Positions 19,194-30,007 of a stretch of DNA of 64,000 nt are shown in pieces. Source of the DNA: a virus. Made by a program: the position numbers and the translations under genes. The stretch lies in IMG/VR virus record IMGVR_UViG_3300027833_000016, one strand, 5' to 3'. The notes beneath the pieces are model-generated. The model saw only the letters and a list, made by a program, of their open reading frames with translations. It was not told the origin of the DNA and did no database searches. Each line of letters begins with the position of its first letter. Position 1 is the stretch's first letter.

Positions 19194-19211
19194 TTAATAT
19201 AAAGGTGACAT

Positions 19212-20987
19212 ATGTCTACGACTTTACTTAAAGTCAAAAGAAGTGCGGTAAAGGGCAAGACTCCTGCCGTTGGTAATGTTGAACTTGGCGAGATCGCAAT
19301 CAACACCAATGATGGAAGACTGTTCTTTAAGAGAACTGACTCCGCAGGAAACAACTCGATTAAGACACTCACAGAGATTGTTGGTGGTACTGGTATTACT
19401 AATACCGCAGGTACTCTATCAATAACTAACTCTGGTGTGACTGCCGCAACCTATGGATCTTCCACACAAGTTCCTGTATTCTCCGTTAATGCACAGGGTC
19501 AGATTGACTCTGCTACTTATCGTACAGTTGCAGGTGTGAGTGGTGTCACCTTTGATTCGTCCGAAGCAACAATAAATGTATCTACCGCAGACGGTGGATC
19601 TTTCAATGCTCGTATTGGACTAACGTCATTCTCTACCTCAGATCTATCCGAAGGTACTAATCTATACTATACTACTGCTCGTGCAGACTCCGATGCAAAG
19701 AATGCGATTGGTGTCTCTGGTGCAGGACTTTCATACAATGCATCTAATGGCACGATAACAATTGCTGAGACTACCTATGGTGGTTTCGACTCAGACTTCA
19801 CAGAGAAGTCAACCTCAGATCTATCCGAAGGAACCAACCTTTACCATACCACTGCAAGAGCAAGGGCGGCAATTAGCGTCACTGATGCCGCAGGAGACGG
19901 TACTCTTGCATATAACGCAAGTACTGGTGTAATTACATACAACGGTATTACAGACGCACAGGTTCGTGGTAAGTTATCTGGTGGAACTGGTATCACATAT
20001 AATAGTGGTACAGGTGCTATAACTACGACTGATGGGGATATCGTTCACGATAACCTAAGTGGATTCGTAGCAAACGAACACATTGATCACACTAGTGTAT
20101 CAGTAACCGCAGGTACAGGTTTGACAGGTGGTGGTACTATTGCCGCGACTCGAACTCTGAATGTAATCGGTGGCAAGGGTATCATTGCAAACGCAAACGA
20201 TATCCAAGTTGACTCTGGTAACATTAAGGGAATGTTCTCTGGTGGTACTGGTGTTACATACAGTAACGGTGCAATCAGTATTGGTCAGGCAGTCGCAACT
20301 ACGGATGACGTAGTATTCAATGACTTGGTTGTATCTGGTAACTTAACAATCACTGGTTCACTGACAGACATTGCAACTACTAATCTGACAGTAACCGATA
20401 AGAACATTGTCATTGCAGACAGTGCTACTACTAGTGCATTGACAGACGGAGCAGGTATAACATTCGGTGCTTGGAGTTCGGGTACTAAACCTCTACTCAA
20501 GTGGGATCACGGTAATACTCGTTTTGATTTTAACAAACCATTAGCGGCATCTAGTTTTGCAGGTAATATTACAGGTAACGTAACTGGTACAGTATCAGAT
20601 ATATCTAACCACACTACTGCTGATCTAAGCGAGAACACTAACCTCTACCACACTACTGCAAGAGCAAGAGGTGCCATAAGCGGCACAACTTCTGGCACTG
20701 GGTTTGGTGGACTATCGTATAACAGTACTAGTGGTGCAATGACCTATGCAAAGGTCACAACTGCCAATATACGAAATCAGATTAATGTGGCAGGTGACCT
20801 CGCATATGATAGTGCGTCTGGTCAGTTGTCATTCAGTGAGACATACTCAAGTGCCGCAGAACTACTGACCGCACTAAAGACAGTTGATACAAACTCAAGT
20901 GGACTGAACGCAGATACACTTGATGGAGAACAGGGATCACATTACAGAATTAATGTCTACAATTCCAGTGGATCATTATTAAACTAA
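19212..20987 (+). CDS. Tail fibre-like protein
   Basis: N-terminal KRS...GEIAINTNDG; three STSDLSEGTNLYxTTARA repeats; C-terminal GLNADTLDG. Confidence 0.75.
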   Translation: MSTTLLKVKRSAVKGKTPAVGNVELGEIAINTNDGRLFFKRTDSAGNNSIKTLTEIVGGTGITNTAGTLSITNSGVTAATYGSSTQVPVFSVNAQGQIDSATYRTVAGVSGVTFDSSEATINVSTADGGSFNARIGLTSFSTSDLSEGTNLYYTTARADSDAKNAIGVSGAGLSYNASNGTITIAETTYGGFDSDFTEKSTSDLSEGTNLYHTTARARAAISVTDAAGDGTLAYNASTGVITYNGITDAQVRGKLSGGTGITYNSGTGAITTTDGDIVHDNLSGFVANEHIDHTSVSVTAGTGLTGGGTIAATRTLNVIGGKGIIANANDIQVDSGNIKGMFSGGTGVTYSNGAISIGQAVATTDDVVFNDLVVSGNLTITGSLTDIATTNLTVTDKNIVIADSATTSALTDGAGITFGAWSSGTKPLLKWDHGNTRFDFNKPLAASSFAGNITGNVTGTVSDISNHTTADLSENTNLYHTTARARGAISGTTSGTGFGGLSYNSTSGAMTYAKVTTANIRNQINVAGDLAYDSASGQLSFSETYSSAAELLTALKTVDTNSSGLNADTLDGEQGSHYRINVYNSSGSLLN

Positions 20988-20997
20988 GGTAAAGAAC

Positions 20998-21759
20998 ATG
21001 GCATCACCAGACACTAGAGACGAACTAATCGACTACTGCTTTCGATCATTGGGTGCGCCCGTACTCGAAATCAACGTGGCAGACGAACAAGTCGAAGATC
21101 GCGTAGACGAAGCATTACAGTGGTTCCGTGAAATGCATCCTGATGGAAAGAGACGATTCTACATTAAGCACCAGATCACACAGGCAAACCTTGACAACAA
21201 ATACATCGACCTAACCGAAGATGTGATATCTGTTATCCGTATGTTCCGTGTTAACAGTGCCCACGCGTCTACTAACTTCTTTGACATCAAATATCAAATG
21301 CGAGTGAATGATATACATATGTTAGGATCTGCTACCGCAGACCTTGGTTACTACGAACAAATGGAACAACATCTATCATTACTTGATATGAAACTAAGTG
21401 GGGAACCACAGATCACCTTTGATAGACAAGCAGACCGTGTACATATTCATCACGATATGTCAGAGTTCCTTCTTGGTAACTATGTGATACTAGAAGTCTA
21501 TGGTGATCGAGATCCCGGAGTTGCCGCGAACTCTCCCTTGAATTCTTTATGGAATCATAAGTTTCTCAAAGCATACACTATTGCATTGATCAAGAGACAG
21601 TGGGGACAGAATATGTCTAAGTTCGAAGGTATGCAACTTCCCGGTGGTGTTGTTATCAACGGCAGACAGATATACGATGATGCCTCGGCAGAGATCGAAC
21701 AATTAATGGTCAAGTTTAGAGAAGAAGAAGACGTTGGCCCAATGTTCTTCATAGGATAA
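20998..21759 (+). CDS. gp13: Neck protein gp13
   Basis: LGAPVLEINV, KRQWGQNMSKFEGMQLPGGVVING; synteny. Confidence 0.92.
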   Translation: MASPDTRDELIDYCFRSLGAPVLEINVADEQVEDRVDEALQWFREMHPDGKRRFYIKHQITQANLDNKYIDLTEDVISVIRMFRVNSAHASTNFFDIKYQMRVNDIHMLGSATADLGYYEQMEQHLSLLDMKLSGEPQITFDRQADRVHIHHDMSEFLLGNYVILEVYGDRDPGVAANSPLNSLWNHKFLKAYTIALIKRQWGQNMSKFEGMQLPGGVVINGRQIYDDASAEIEQLMVKFREEEDVGPMFFIG

Positions 21760-21763
21760 ATTA

Positions 21764-23521
21764 ATGGCAACTAACCCTTGGGTATCATCTGGTGGATTCC
21801 GTCCTGAACAGAACTTGTATGAAGATCTCGTAATTGAGTCTTTAAAGTTCTATGGTCAGGATGTCTATTATTTACCTCGTGAACTAGTCAATGTAGATAA
21901 AGTCTTCATGGACGATGTGCCGTCACACTTTAGTGATGCGTATAAGATAGAGATGTATGTTGAGAACGTTGATGGGTTTGGGGGTGAGGGAGATCTCTTC
22001 TCTAAGTTCGGTGTTGAACTTCGTGACCAAGCAACCTTCGTTACTGCTCGTAGACGTTGGAAGTCTCTGATCGGTGACAAACTAGATTCATATAACTTCC
22101 GTCCTAGAGAGGGTGATGTAATATACATTCCATTCTCTAAGTCTATGTTCGAGATCTTTAAGGTCGAGACAGAAACTCCGTTCTATCAATTGAACCAGTT
22201 ACCTACCTTCCGACTACAATGTGAGTTGTTCGAATACAATGACGAAGACTTTGATGTTGGTATCGATGAGATCGATGACATTGAACTAGAAGGTGCCTAT
22301 CAGTACAAACTGAATATGGCAAGTGCTGTGAATGCTAATGCCACTGCCTCATCATTAATAGATGATAACGGTAGAGTATATGGATTAACTCTGGAAAATC
22401 GTGGTATTGGTTATAACACTGCTCCTACTGTTACAATAGCATCTCCACCCGGAAACAACAAGAAGTTTGGTACAGGTTCTTTGGACGTAACCAAAGGTCG
22501 TGGTGTTGAAGCATCATACACACAGACCCACGTCAATGGTAGTGTCGAAGCATGGGTGTATATAAATACATTACCTGCTTCAGGTACCCAAGCAATCTTC
22601 TTTGAGACTGGTGGTAGTGGTCAAGATGACAAGACATACTTCTGGGGTGTTGGTAGCACAGGACAGTTAGTATACTCTCGTGGTAATAATAACGGTGGTG
22701 GTATTGATACACTCACCAATAATGATATCTTGTTTGAAGCAGGAACGTGGCACCATATTCTTATTGGAGCATCTGGCACAAACAACCTAGTAATCTACTT
22801 TGACTTTGTTAAGAAGTACGATGCCAATGTCGCAGGTGTTACTTGGAATTGGGTATCTGCTAATGGATTCTCGGTGGGTGCCGATGCCGCACGAACAGTC
22901 GATGGTGTTGATTGGAAAGCACTACAAGGTTTCGTTGATGAGTATCGAGTAAGAGTTGGTACCAAGGCACAGATCATCGAAACACGATATGACTCCGCAG
23001 GTACTACTAATCTGGCAACTCAGACTGCCGCATGGACATCTGATAGTGCAACTGCATACCTCAATAACTTTGATCCTATCGGTGCTACTGGATCCTCTGT
23101 TTTAGATTCGTCTGGTACGGTCAATTCTATACTACAGATCGAGCAAGGTTTATATTATGATGTTGCCCCTGCCGTAACTATTTCTCCTCCATACACTGGT
23201 GGACAATACAAACGTGGTGAAATAGTAACTCAGACTAATAGTTCTTATACGATCAAGGGAGAAGTTGTTGCTTGGTCAGATAGTGATAATACCCTATACC
23301 TTGCACACGTTGGTGCGACAGACGGCAAATTACACACCTTCTCGAAGACCCAACAAGTGATTGGTGCGAGTGCGGCATACGCACCGACTTTGGTATCTGA
23401 ACTGATGGAAATCAACGTTTCTCCTACATTAGGTGGAACTACACAGAATAATTTCTTTGATGACTTTGAATCAGACTTCTTAGACTTCTCTGAAGGTAAC
23501 CCATTCGGAGACATGGAATAA
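21764..23521 (+). CDS. gp14: Neck protein gp14 with internal LamG-like insertion
   Basis: EQNLYEDLVIESLKFYGQDVYYLPR, RPREGDVIY, C-terminal DFSEGNPFG. Confidence 0.9.
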   Translation: MATNPWVSSGGFRPEQNLYEDLVIESLKFYGQDVYYLPRELVNVDKVFMDDVPSHFSDAYKIEMYVENVDGFGGEGDLFSKFGVELRDQATFVTARRRWKSLIGDKLDSYNFRPREGDVIYIPFSKSMFEIFKVETETPFYQLNQLPTFRLQCELFEYNDEDFDVGIDEIDDIELEGAYQYKLNMASAVNANATASSLIDDNGRVYGLTLENRGIGYNTAPTVTIASPPGNNKKFGTGSLDVTKGRGVEASYTQTHVNGSVEAWVYINTLPASGTQAIFFETGGSGQDDKTYFWGVGSTGQLVYSRGNNNGGGIDTLTNNDILFEAGTWHHILIGASGTNNLVIYFDFVKKYDANVAGVTWNWVSANGFSVGADAARTVDGVDWKALQGFVDEYRVRVGTKAQIIETRYDSAGTTNLATQTAAWTSDSATAYLNNFDPIGATGSSVLDSSGTVNSILQIEQGLYYDVAPAVTISPPYTGGQYKRGEIVTQTNSSYTIKGEVVAWSDSDNTLYLAHVGATDGKLHTFSKTQQVIGASAAYAPTLVSELMEINVSPTLGGTTQNNFFDDFESDFLDFSEGNPFGDME

Positions 23522-24297
23522 TGTTTGGAACACACTTCTATCACAAACGAGTCAGGACTGCCGTATCGGTATTCGGTTCTTTGTTCAATAACATATATGT
23601 TTTGAGAACAAATAAAGACGGAGAAGTTATCTCCCAAGTTAAGTGTCCTCTGTCATATGCACCCAAGAGATCTTTCATACAAAGACTCGAAGAGATGAGA
23701 TCTGGCGAAGAGTCAGAACGTAGGGTCGCAATGAAGTTACCTCGTATGTCATTTGAGATTACCTCTATGTCATATGATGCCCAAAGACAATTACCTAAGA
23801 CTAATAATTTCTCTACCGCAGTAGCAGGTAGTACTACGCAACGCGCTCAGTTCTTTACCTCCGTACCATATGATATGACATTCGATGTCAACATCTATGC
23901 TAAGAGTCAGGATGATGCATTGCAAATGGTTGAGCAGATCTTACCTTACTTTAACCCACAGTACACAGTGACGGTTAAACCATTCTCTGCCGACTACCCA
24001 GAGATCAAAGAAGATATCCCTGTAACGTTACAGTCAGTATCTTTCTCGGATGACTTCGAAGGATCGGTAGGTGACCGTAGAACAATCATCTACACACTTG
24101 CGTTTGGCATGAAGATATCCTTCATGGGGCCACAGACCAATAAGAGCATTATTCGTGAAGTTAACAATAACCTATATAATATAGGAGCAGACAGTGATGT
24201 CTTCCTTACGCGCTTGCAGACTACGCCCACACCTAATGGGATATCTGTTGATAGCGACTATGGGTTTAATTTAACATACCTTGACAGTGCTAGTTGA
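23521..24297 (+). CDS. gp15: Tail sheath stabiliser/terminator gp15
   Basis: FGSLFNNI, LPRMSFE, EQILPYFNP. Confidence 0.92.
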   Translation: MFGTHFYHKRVRTAVSVFGSLFNNIYVLRTNKDGEVISQVKCPLSYAPKRSFIQRLEEMRSGEESERRVAMKLPRMSFEITSMSYDAQRQLPKTNNFSTAVAGSTTQRAQFFTSVPYDMTFDVNIYAKSQDDALQMVEQILPYFNPQYTVTVKPFSADYPEIKEDIPVTLQSVSFSDDFEGSVGDRRTIIYTLAFGMKISFMGPQTNKSIIREVNNNLYNIGADSDVFLTRLQTTPTPNGISVDSDYGFNLTYLDSAS

Positions 24298-24386
24298 TGA
24301 CCGTTAAGAACTATGCTCGTTACCTAAGATACAAGTATGGTTATAGACAGTCTAGAAAAGGTACATTGGTAAATATATTAGTATGA
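24297..24386 (+). CDS. 29-aa basic peptide bridging gp15 and gp16 (not in ORF track)
   Basis: TGATG overlap with the gp15 stop and ATGA overlap with the gp16 start; MTVKNYARYLRYKYGYRQSRKGTLVNILV. Confidence 0.55.
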   Translation: MTVKNYARYLRYKYGYRQSRKGTLVNILV

Positions 24387-24730
24387 CAGAAGAAGAAAAG
24401 ATTGCACAAGACTATGAACAGTCCAGAGATACTTACTACGACCTTATAGAGAAGGGACGTGAGTCTTTGGAGTTGATGATCGAGGTCGCTCGTGAGAGTG
24501 AACATCCTCGTGCCTTTGAGGTTCTGTCTGGTATGATTAAGAACATATCTGATGTCAACGACAAGTTGATGGATCTCAATAAGAAGCACAAAGAGATCAA
24601 CAAGGCAGACCTACCTGCTCTTCCGCAAGGAGGAACAACCAACAATAACGTATTCCTTGGATCAACTACTGAACTTCAACGTTTTCTACAGAATGAAAAG
24701 AATGTGATCCCCCATGACGATACAGACTAA
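24383..24730 (+). CDS. gp16: Terminase small subunit gp16
   Basis: DYEQSR, HPRAFEV, NNNVFLGSTTELQ. Confidence 0.92.
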   Translation: MTEEEKIAQDYEQSRDTYYDLIEKGRESLELMIEVARESEHPRAFEVLSGMIKNISDVNDKLMDLNKKHKEINKADLPALPQGGTTNNNVFLGSTTELQRFLQNEKNVIPHDDTD

Positions 24731-26327
24731 AGACTCATATCTCGGCAACCCTCAAGTAAAGAGAGATGGGGTCGAAGAACAGTGGGACAAACATAAGTTA
24801 AGAGAATATCAAAAATGCATGAACGACCCTGTATACTTTTGCAAGACCTATGTGAAGGTGATACATCTTGATCGCGGTCTGGTGCATTTCGATCTATACC
24901 CATATCAAGAAGATATGTTCAAGCACTTTGACGAGAATAGGTTCTCTATTGTCCTTGCTTGTCGGCAGTCTGGTAAGTCTATTAGTAGTGTGGGTTATCT
25001 ACTATGGTACGCACTCTTCAACCCAGAGAAAACAATCGCAATCCTCGCAAACAAAGGTGCCACTGCACGAGAGATGCTTGCGCGAGTTACGCTCATGTTG
25101 GAGAACCTTCCGTTCTTCCTTCAACCGGGATGCAAAGCACTCAACAAAGGATCAATCGAATTTAGTAATAACTCTAGAATTATTGCCGCGGCTACTTCTG
25201 GTTCTTCTATTCGTGGTATGTCTGTTAATCTACTCTTTCTTGATGAGTTTGCTTTTGTTGAAAAGGCTGCTGAGTTCTATACTTCAACGTATCCGGTTGT
25301 CTCTTCGGGTGTTGATACAAAGGTAATCATTACCTCTACTGCTAATGGCGTGGGTAATCAGTTCGAGAAGATCTGGACAGGTGCCGTACAAGGTGTCAAT
25401 GAATACAAACCATTCCGTGTGGACTGGTGGGATGTTCCCGGACGTGACGATGAATGGAAGAAGCAAACTATTGCTAACACATCTTCATTGCAGTTCGATC
25501 AAGAATTTGGTAATACCTTCTTTGGTACTGGAGATACCCTGATCAATGCAGAGACACTGATGGGTTTACGCGGTCAGGCACCTCATCTTGTTTTAGAGTC
25601 GGGTGACTGTTTAATCTATAGCGAACCACAACCCGAACATGAATATATTATGACGGTAGATGTGAGTAAGGGAAGAGGGCAGGATTATTCGACATTTAAT
25701 GTCATAGATATTTCCGAAAGACCGTTCAAACAAGTTGCGGTCTATAGAAACAATAGTATCTCTCCATTGCTCTTTCCTAATATTATATATAAGTATGCGA
25801 ATCTCTACAATGAGGCATGGGTAGTAGTTGAGGCAAATGATCAAGGTGGTGTGGTCTGTAATGGATTATACTACGAACTAGAGTATGAGAACCTCCATGT
25901 ATCCAGTGCAACTAAGGCAAACGCACTAGGCATTGAGATGAACCGCAAGGTTAAGAGATTGGGTTGTTCTGCTATCAAAGATATCATCGAAGAGCAGAAA
26001 CTACAAGTCTATGACGAGAACACCATACTAGAGATGTCTACCTTCGTGGGTAAAGGTCAGTCATACGAAGCATCTGATAACAACCATGATGACTTGATGA
26101 TGAACCTAGTGATGTTTGGTTACTTTGTGTCCACTCAGTTCTTTGCAGACATGACAGACATCAACCTTAAACAAATGATGTTCCAAGAGAGAACACAAGC
26201 AATCAGCGATGACGTGGTTCCCTTCGGATTTATAGATGACGGATCTTCCTATATAGAAGAGACAGATAATACTTGGCAAGGTGGATGGCACGATATAGGC
26301 GATACCACAGGTGACCGCGATTGGTAA
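24714..26327 (+). CDS. gp17: Terminase large subunit gp17
   Basis: RQSGKS Walker A, LLFLDEFAF Walker B, HDDLMM nuclease motif. Confidence 0.97.
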   Translation: MTIQTKDSYLGNPQVKRDGVEEQWDKHKLREYQKCMNDPVYFCKTYVKVIHLDRGLVHFDLYPYQEDMFKHFDENRFSIVLACRQSGKSISSVGYLLWYALFNPEKTIAILANKGATAREMLARVTLMLENLPFFLQPGCKALNKGSIEFSNNSRIIAAATSGSSIRGMSVNLLFLDEFAFVEKAAEFYTSTYPVVSSGVDTKVIITSTANGVGNQFEKIWTGAVQGVNEYKPFRVDWWDVPGRDDEWKKQTIANTSSLQFDQEFGNTFFGTGDTLINAETLMGLRGQAPHLVLESGDCLIYSEPQPEHEYIMTVDVSKGRGQDYSTFNVIDISERPFKQVAVYRNNSISPLLFPNIIYKYANLYNEAWVVVEANDQGGVVCNGLYYELEYENLHVSSATKANALGIEMNRKVKRLGCSAIKDIIEEQKLQVYDENTILEMSTFVGKGQSYEASDNNHDDLMMNLVMFGYFVSTQFFADMTDINLKQMMFQERTQAISDDVVPFGFIDDGSSYIEETDNTWQGGWHDIGDTTGDRDW

Positions 26328-26340
26328 TTAAAGGAATATT

Positions 26341-27000
26341 ATGAGAAATATTATACTACAACACTTCACAGGCAAACTAAGACCACTAGATAAACTCTCT
26401 GTAGAAAACATCTCCGCATATGCTGAACGCATAGGTGTCGAGTATCAGTTCGTGGAAGGTCAGGTCTTTAGGGAACATCTTACACCCCCCTGTCAGAAAG
26501 TACATATCCTAGATGAGAAGTGGGACGAATACGATGACGTATTGATGTTGGACATTGATATGTTTGTTACAAAGAACCTCAGACTCAATGTCTTTAAGGC
26601 AGAAGGAGTAGGGTTCGCGGCAGGTGTAGTACAGAGAGGTCTAAAGAGAAAACTTATAAATGAAGGTCGCATTGATGAGAACACTGGTTACTGGGGTGGA
26701 GCATTTTATAAACTGACTCGCGAACAGAGACAGAAACTTCGGTCTGCAATCCCAGACAATGATGAGTGGATGGATAGATACAATCAACCTTACAAGTATG
26801 AGGATGAGGGTATTATATCAGAGTTGTTCTATAGAAGCAAGTGTGAATGGAAAGATGCTGATCCTATGTGGCAACAAGATAGTTATCTACCTAACCACCA
26901 AGCAGGGATGATTCATGTCCGTACCAAGATAACACCCGAAGGGCCAAAGCGAGAGAAGATAGAGAACTACTATAGTATGCACATGGCAGGAATTCTTTGA
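26341..27000 (+). CDS. Glycosyltransferase-like protein
   Basis: NIILQHF, YAERIGVEY, QKVHIL, MLDID (DxD), EDEG; paralogue of the 26997 and 52191 genes. Confidence 0.65.
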   Translation: MRNIILQHFTGKLRPLDKLSVENISAYAERIGVEYQFVEGQVFREHLTPPCQKVHILDEKWDEYDDVLMLDIDMFVTKNLRLNVFKAEGVGFAAGVVQRGLKRKLINEGRIDENTGYWGGAFYKLTREQRQKLRSAIPDNDEWMDRYNQPYKYEDEGIISELFYRSKCEWKDADPMWQQDSYLPNHQAGMIHVRTKITPEGPKREKIENYYSMHMAGIL

Positions 27001-27737
27001 ACATAATACTACAACACTTTGCAGGTACAATGCCAGAGTGGGCAAACCAAGCAGAGAAGACGATGCGCAAGTATGCCCATGCCACAGGCGCAGAGTATGA
27101 ACTAGTCCTTGACTTTCCTATGGGAGAGGAGTTGGGGTTCACACCACAGAAACTTTGTATGCTTCAAGAGAAGTATGACAAGTACGATCAAGTGTGTATG
27201 ATTGATATGGACACTATTGCCACACCCGAACATGAAAGTTTCTGGGACAGACCAGAGATTGGTGTACTACATGACAGGGCAATGGGTGGACATAATGCAC
27301 TCAATGCCGTGACAGGAGAACCACACCGTAGTAGAACATACAATGCCGCACCTGCATTATACAAAGAAGGGGCGCATATATTCTTTGGTAACTGGATCAA
27401 GTTGAACCGTGAACAGAGAGTAGAGTTAAGAAAACACTGGGATCATAACTTGTTTGTATTGTCGCTCAAGGATAAACATCCCGGAGATGAGATCATCCTA
27501 CACTACCTCCTACATAGATCAGGTATACTTGACGGCAAGACTGTCGAAGAGATCTGTATGCGATGCGAGGGAGATGACCTTTCTAAACTAAAGTTTCGAG
27601 AGCATGACAGACACGACAAGAAGTTCTGCAACCAACCCGAAGACTCACTACCTAATGCCTCTATCATGCACTTCTGCGCAGGTAGGAAACGAAATATTAT
27701 ACCAACAATCAGACAAATGTATCCAGAGGGAATATGA
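26997..27737 (+). CDS. Glycosyltransferase-like protein
   Basis: NIILQHF, YAHATGAEY, QKLCML, MIDMD (DxD), GDE, MHF. Confidence 0.65.
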   Translation: MNIILQHFAGTMPEWANQAEKTMRKYAHATGAEYELVLDFPMGEELGFTPQKLCMLQEKYDKYDQVCMIDMDTIATPEHESFWDRPEIGVLHDRAMGGHNALNAVTGEPHRSRTYNAAPALYKEGAHIFFGNWIKLNREQRVELRKHWDHNLFVLSLKDKHPGDEIILHYLLHRSGILDGKTVEEICMRCEGDDLSKLKFREHDRHDKKFCNQPEDSLPNASIMHFCAGRKRNIIPTIRQMYPEGI

Positions 27738-28105
27738 GTGACGATCTATTAATACCCAAAGATAAGATAGACCCTAAGTACCTAGAAGAGAACGGAGACC
27801 TCTGGACAGAAGATAAACTAGAGGAGTATGCCAAGAAACATAGTCATGGTGTGGCGAACAGACCTCGTGGCAACTATACTATATGCGACATACACCGATT
27901 AATATATCACAAGATCTTATCTAAACCAGAGACTCTGGTAGAGAAAGATGTTCAGGCAGAAGTAATACAACTACTAGAGCAAGCGTTTGTGATTGCTAAG
28001 AAGACCGATGCTCGACTGAGGATGTATAAACACGACTTTGATGAGGGTTGGTGGGAAGAAGAGAAGAAGAAACATGAGGACTGGATGAAGGAGTTGAGGA
28101 AATAA
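27734..28105 (+). CDS. Hypothetical protein
   Basis: ATGA-coupled ORF; YTICDIHRLIY...KKTDARL motif. Confidence 0.65.
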   Translation: MSDDLLIPKDKIDPKYLEENGDLWTEDKLEEYAKKHSHGVANRPRGNYTICDIHRLIYHKILSKPETLVEKDVQAEVIQLLEQAFVIAKKTDARLRMYKHDFDEGWWEEEKKKHEDWMKELRK

Positions 28106-28133
28106 GTACGCTTATTCTGTAAATAACAATTCT

Positions 28134-28141
28134 TATAAATA
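28134..28141 (+). promoter_or_regulatory. gp55 late promoter
   Basis: Intergenic TATAAATA upstream of gp18. Confidence 0.88.
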
Positions 28142-28207
28142 AAACTATTGAACATAAACGTATTATGATAACCGTATTATTCGTTAACGAAACTAAAGGA
28201 AAATGTT

Positions 28208-30004
28208 ATGGCTGTTAAACCATCATCTCCTGCAATCAATATCAGTGAAATCGACAAAACGGCAATCGTGCCCGCAGTTGGTTCTTCTGGTGGTGGATTC
28301 GTAGGAAACTTCCGTTGGGGCCCCGTACACCAAAGAACACTAATTGCTGATGAAACAGGATTAGTTAGTACTTTTGCGGCACCTGACGACGCGAACTCGG
28401 TAGATTTTCACTCTGCCGCGTACTTTCTTAAATACTCACAAACACTACAAGTCGTTCGAGAGAACAACGGTGGATCTAACGCACACAGTGCATTAGTACC
28501 ATTGACCTCTGACTCTGCTACTGTGAACAACCTTTCTCATTGGACGAACACTGTATCGTCTGCTGTCGGTGAAGGTGGATCAAAGATCTCTACTGGTACT
28601 TGGGTTGCAAAATATCCCGGAGAATTAGGTAATGCATTGACAGTATCTTACTGTCCCGCAGGAGATTCCGCAAGTGCCGATCACTTTACAGGTTGGGGAT
28701 ATGCTTCTCAGTTTGATGGAAAACCGGGAACTTCTTCTTACGCAACTTCAAATGGCGCATCTAACGATGAAGTCCACGTTGCTGTAATTGACCGTACTGG
28801 TGCTATCTCTGGAACTCCCGGATCTGTACTAGAGAAGTTTGAATACCTCTCTGTTGCTAAAGGTGCTACGACTTCTGATAATTCACCTAACTATATCTCA
28901 GACGTATTGAATGGACAATCTCAATATATCTGGAATGGTTACTTCGGTGATGACTCTGCATTCGGTGCTTCTTATAGTAACCTTGGTAGCAACTGGGGAA
29001 ATACTCCAGTAGTCGGTACCGCAACTAACTTCGGTTTAAGTACCGCACTTAGTGATGCTATGCGTACCAACAACCTTGGTTCTGGCGACGAAAGTGCCGC
29101 ATTAGGTACTGGAGATCTACAGGGTGGTTATGATCTGTTTGAAGATAAACTTCAGACTGAAATTGACTTCTTGATTGCTCCACAACATGGTTCTGCCGGA
29201 GACGGTGCAACTGTTGTGAATGATCTAGTATCAATCGCAGAAGCAAGAAAAGACTGTGTAGTAGTAACATCTGTCGATAAGACAGGTATCGTGGGTAAGA
29301 CAGATGCACAAGCAACAACTAATGCTGTAACATTTGCTAACTCGTTAACGAAGTCATCTTACTTAATCTTAGACAACAACTTTATTAAAGTCTTCGATAA
29401 GTATAATGACAAATATATCAACCTCCCTGCCGCGTCAAGCACCGCAGGACTAATGGCGGCAACTGATATTATTGCTGATCCTTGGTATTCACCCGCAGGT
29501 CAAAGGCGTGGTAACTATCGTGGTATCACTGATATCCTCACTAACCCCAACCAGACTCAACGTGACTCACTATATAAAGCAGGTGTTAACCCTATCGCGA
29601 ACATTCCCGGTACTGGTTTGATCTTGTTTGGTGATAAGACTCTTCTGGGTAGACCTTCTGCCTTTGACCGTATCAACGTGCGTAGATTGTTTATCGCAAT
29701 TGAGAAGTCTATTGGAGAAGCGGCAAAGTCTGTAATGTTTGAATTCAACGACGAGTTTACTCGTGCAGAGTTCGTGAACATTGTAGAACCCTTCTTGCGT
29801 AGAGTTAAAGGTCGTAGAGGTATAACTGACTTCCGTGTAGTTTGTGATGAAACAAACAACAATCAGGAAGTTGTGGACAATAACCAATTCGTAGCGTCAA
29901 TCTTCGTCAAACCTGCACGTTCTATCAACTTTGTTCAATTGAACTTTGTTGCTGTTAGAACAGGTGTGGACTTTGAAGAAGTTGTCGGTTCGGTAGGAGC
30001 ATAA
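28208..30004 (+). CDS. gp18: Tail sheath protein gp18
   Basis: SPAINISEID, FRWGP, WYSPAG, FDRINVRRLF, KPARSINFVQLNF. Confidence 0.97.
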   Translation: MAVKPSSPAINISEIDKTAIVPAVGSSGGGFVGNFRWGPVHQRTLIADETGLVSTFAAPDDANSVDFHSAAYFLKYSQTLQVVRENNGGSNAHSALVPLTSDSATVNNLSHWTNTVSSAVGEGGSKISTGTWVAKYPGELGNALTVSYCPAGDSASADHFTGWGYASQFDGKPGTSSYATSNGASNDEVHVAVIDRTGAISGTPGSVLEKFEYLSVAKGATTSDNSPNYISDVLNGQSQYIWNGYFGDDSAFGASYSNLGSNWGNTPVVGTATNFGLSTALSDAMRTNNLGSGDESAALGTGDLQGGYDLFEDKLQTEIDFLIAPQHGSAGDGATVVNDLVSIAEARKDCVVVTSVDKTGIVGKTDAQATTNAVTFANSLTKSSYLILDNNFIKVFDKYNDKYINLPAASSTAGLMAATDIIADPWYSPAGQRRGNYRGITDILTNPNQTQRDSLYKAGVNPIANIPGTGLILFGDKTLLGRPSAFDRINVRRLFIAIEKSIGEAAKSVMFEFNDEFTRAEFVNIVEPFLRRVKGRRGITDFRVVCDETNNNQEVVDNNQFVASIFVKPARSINFVQLNFVAVRTGVDFEEVVGSVGA

Positions 30005-30007
30005 GAC

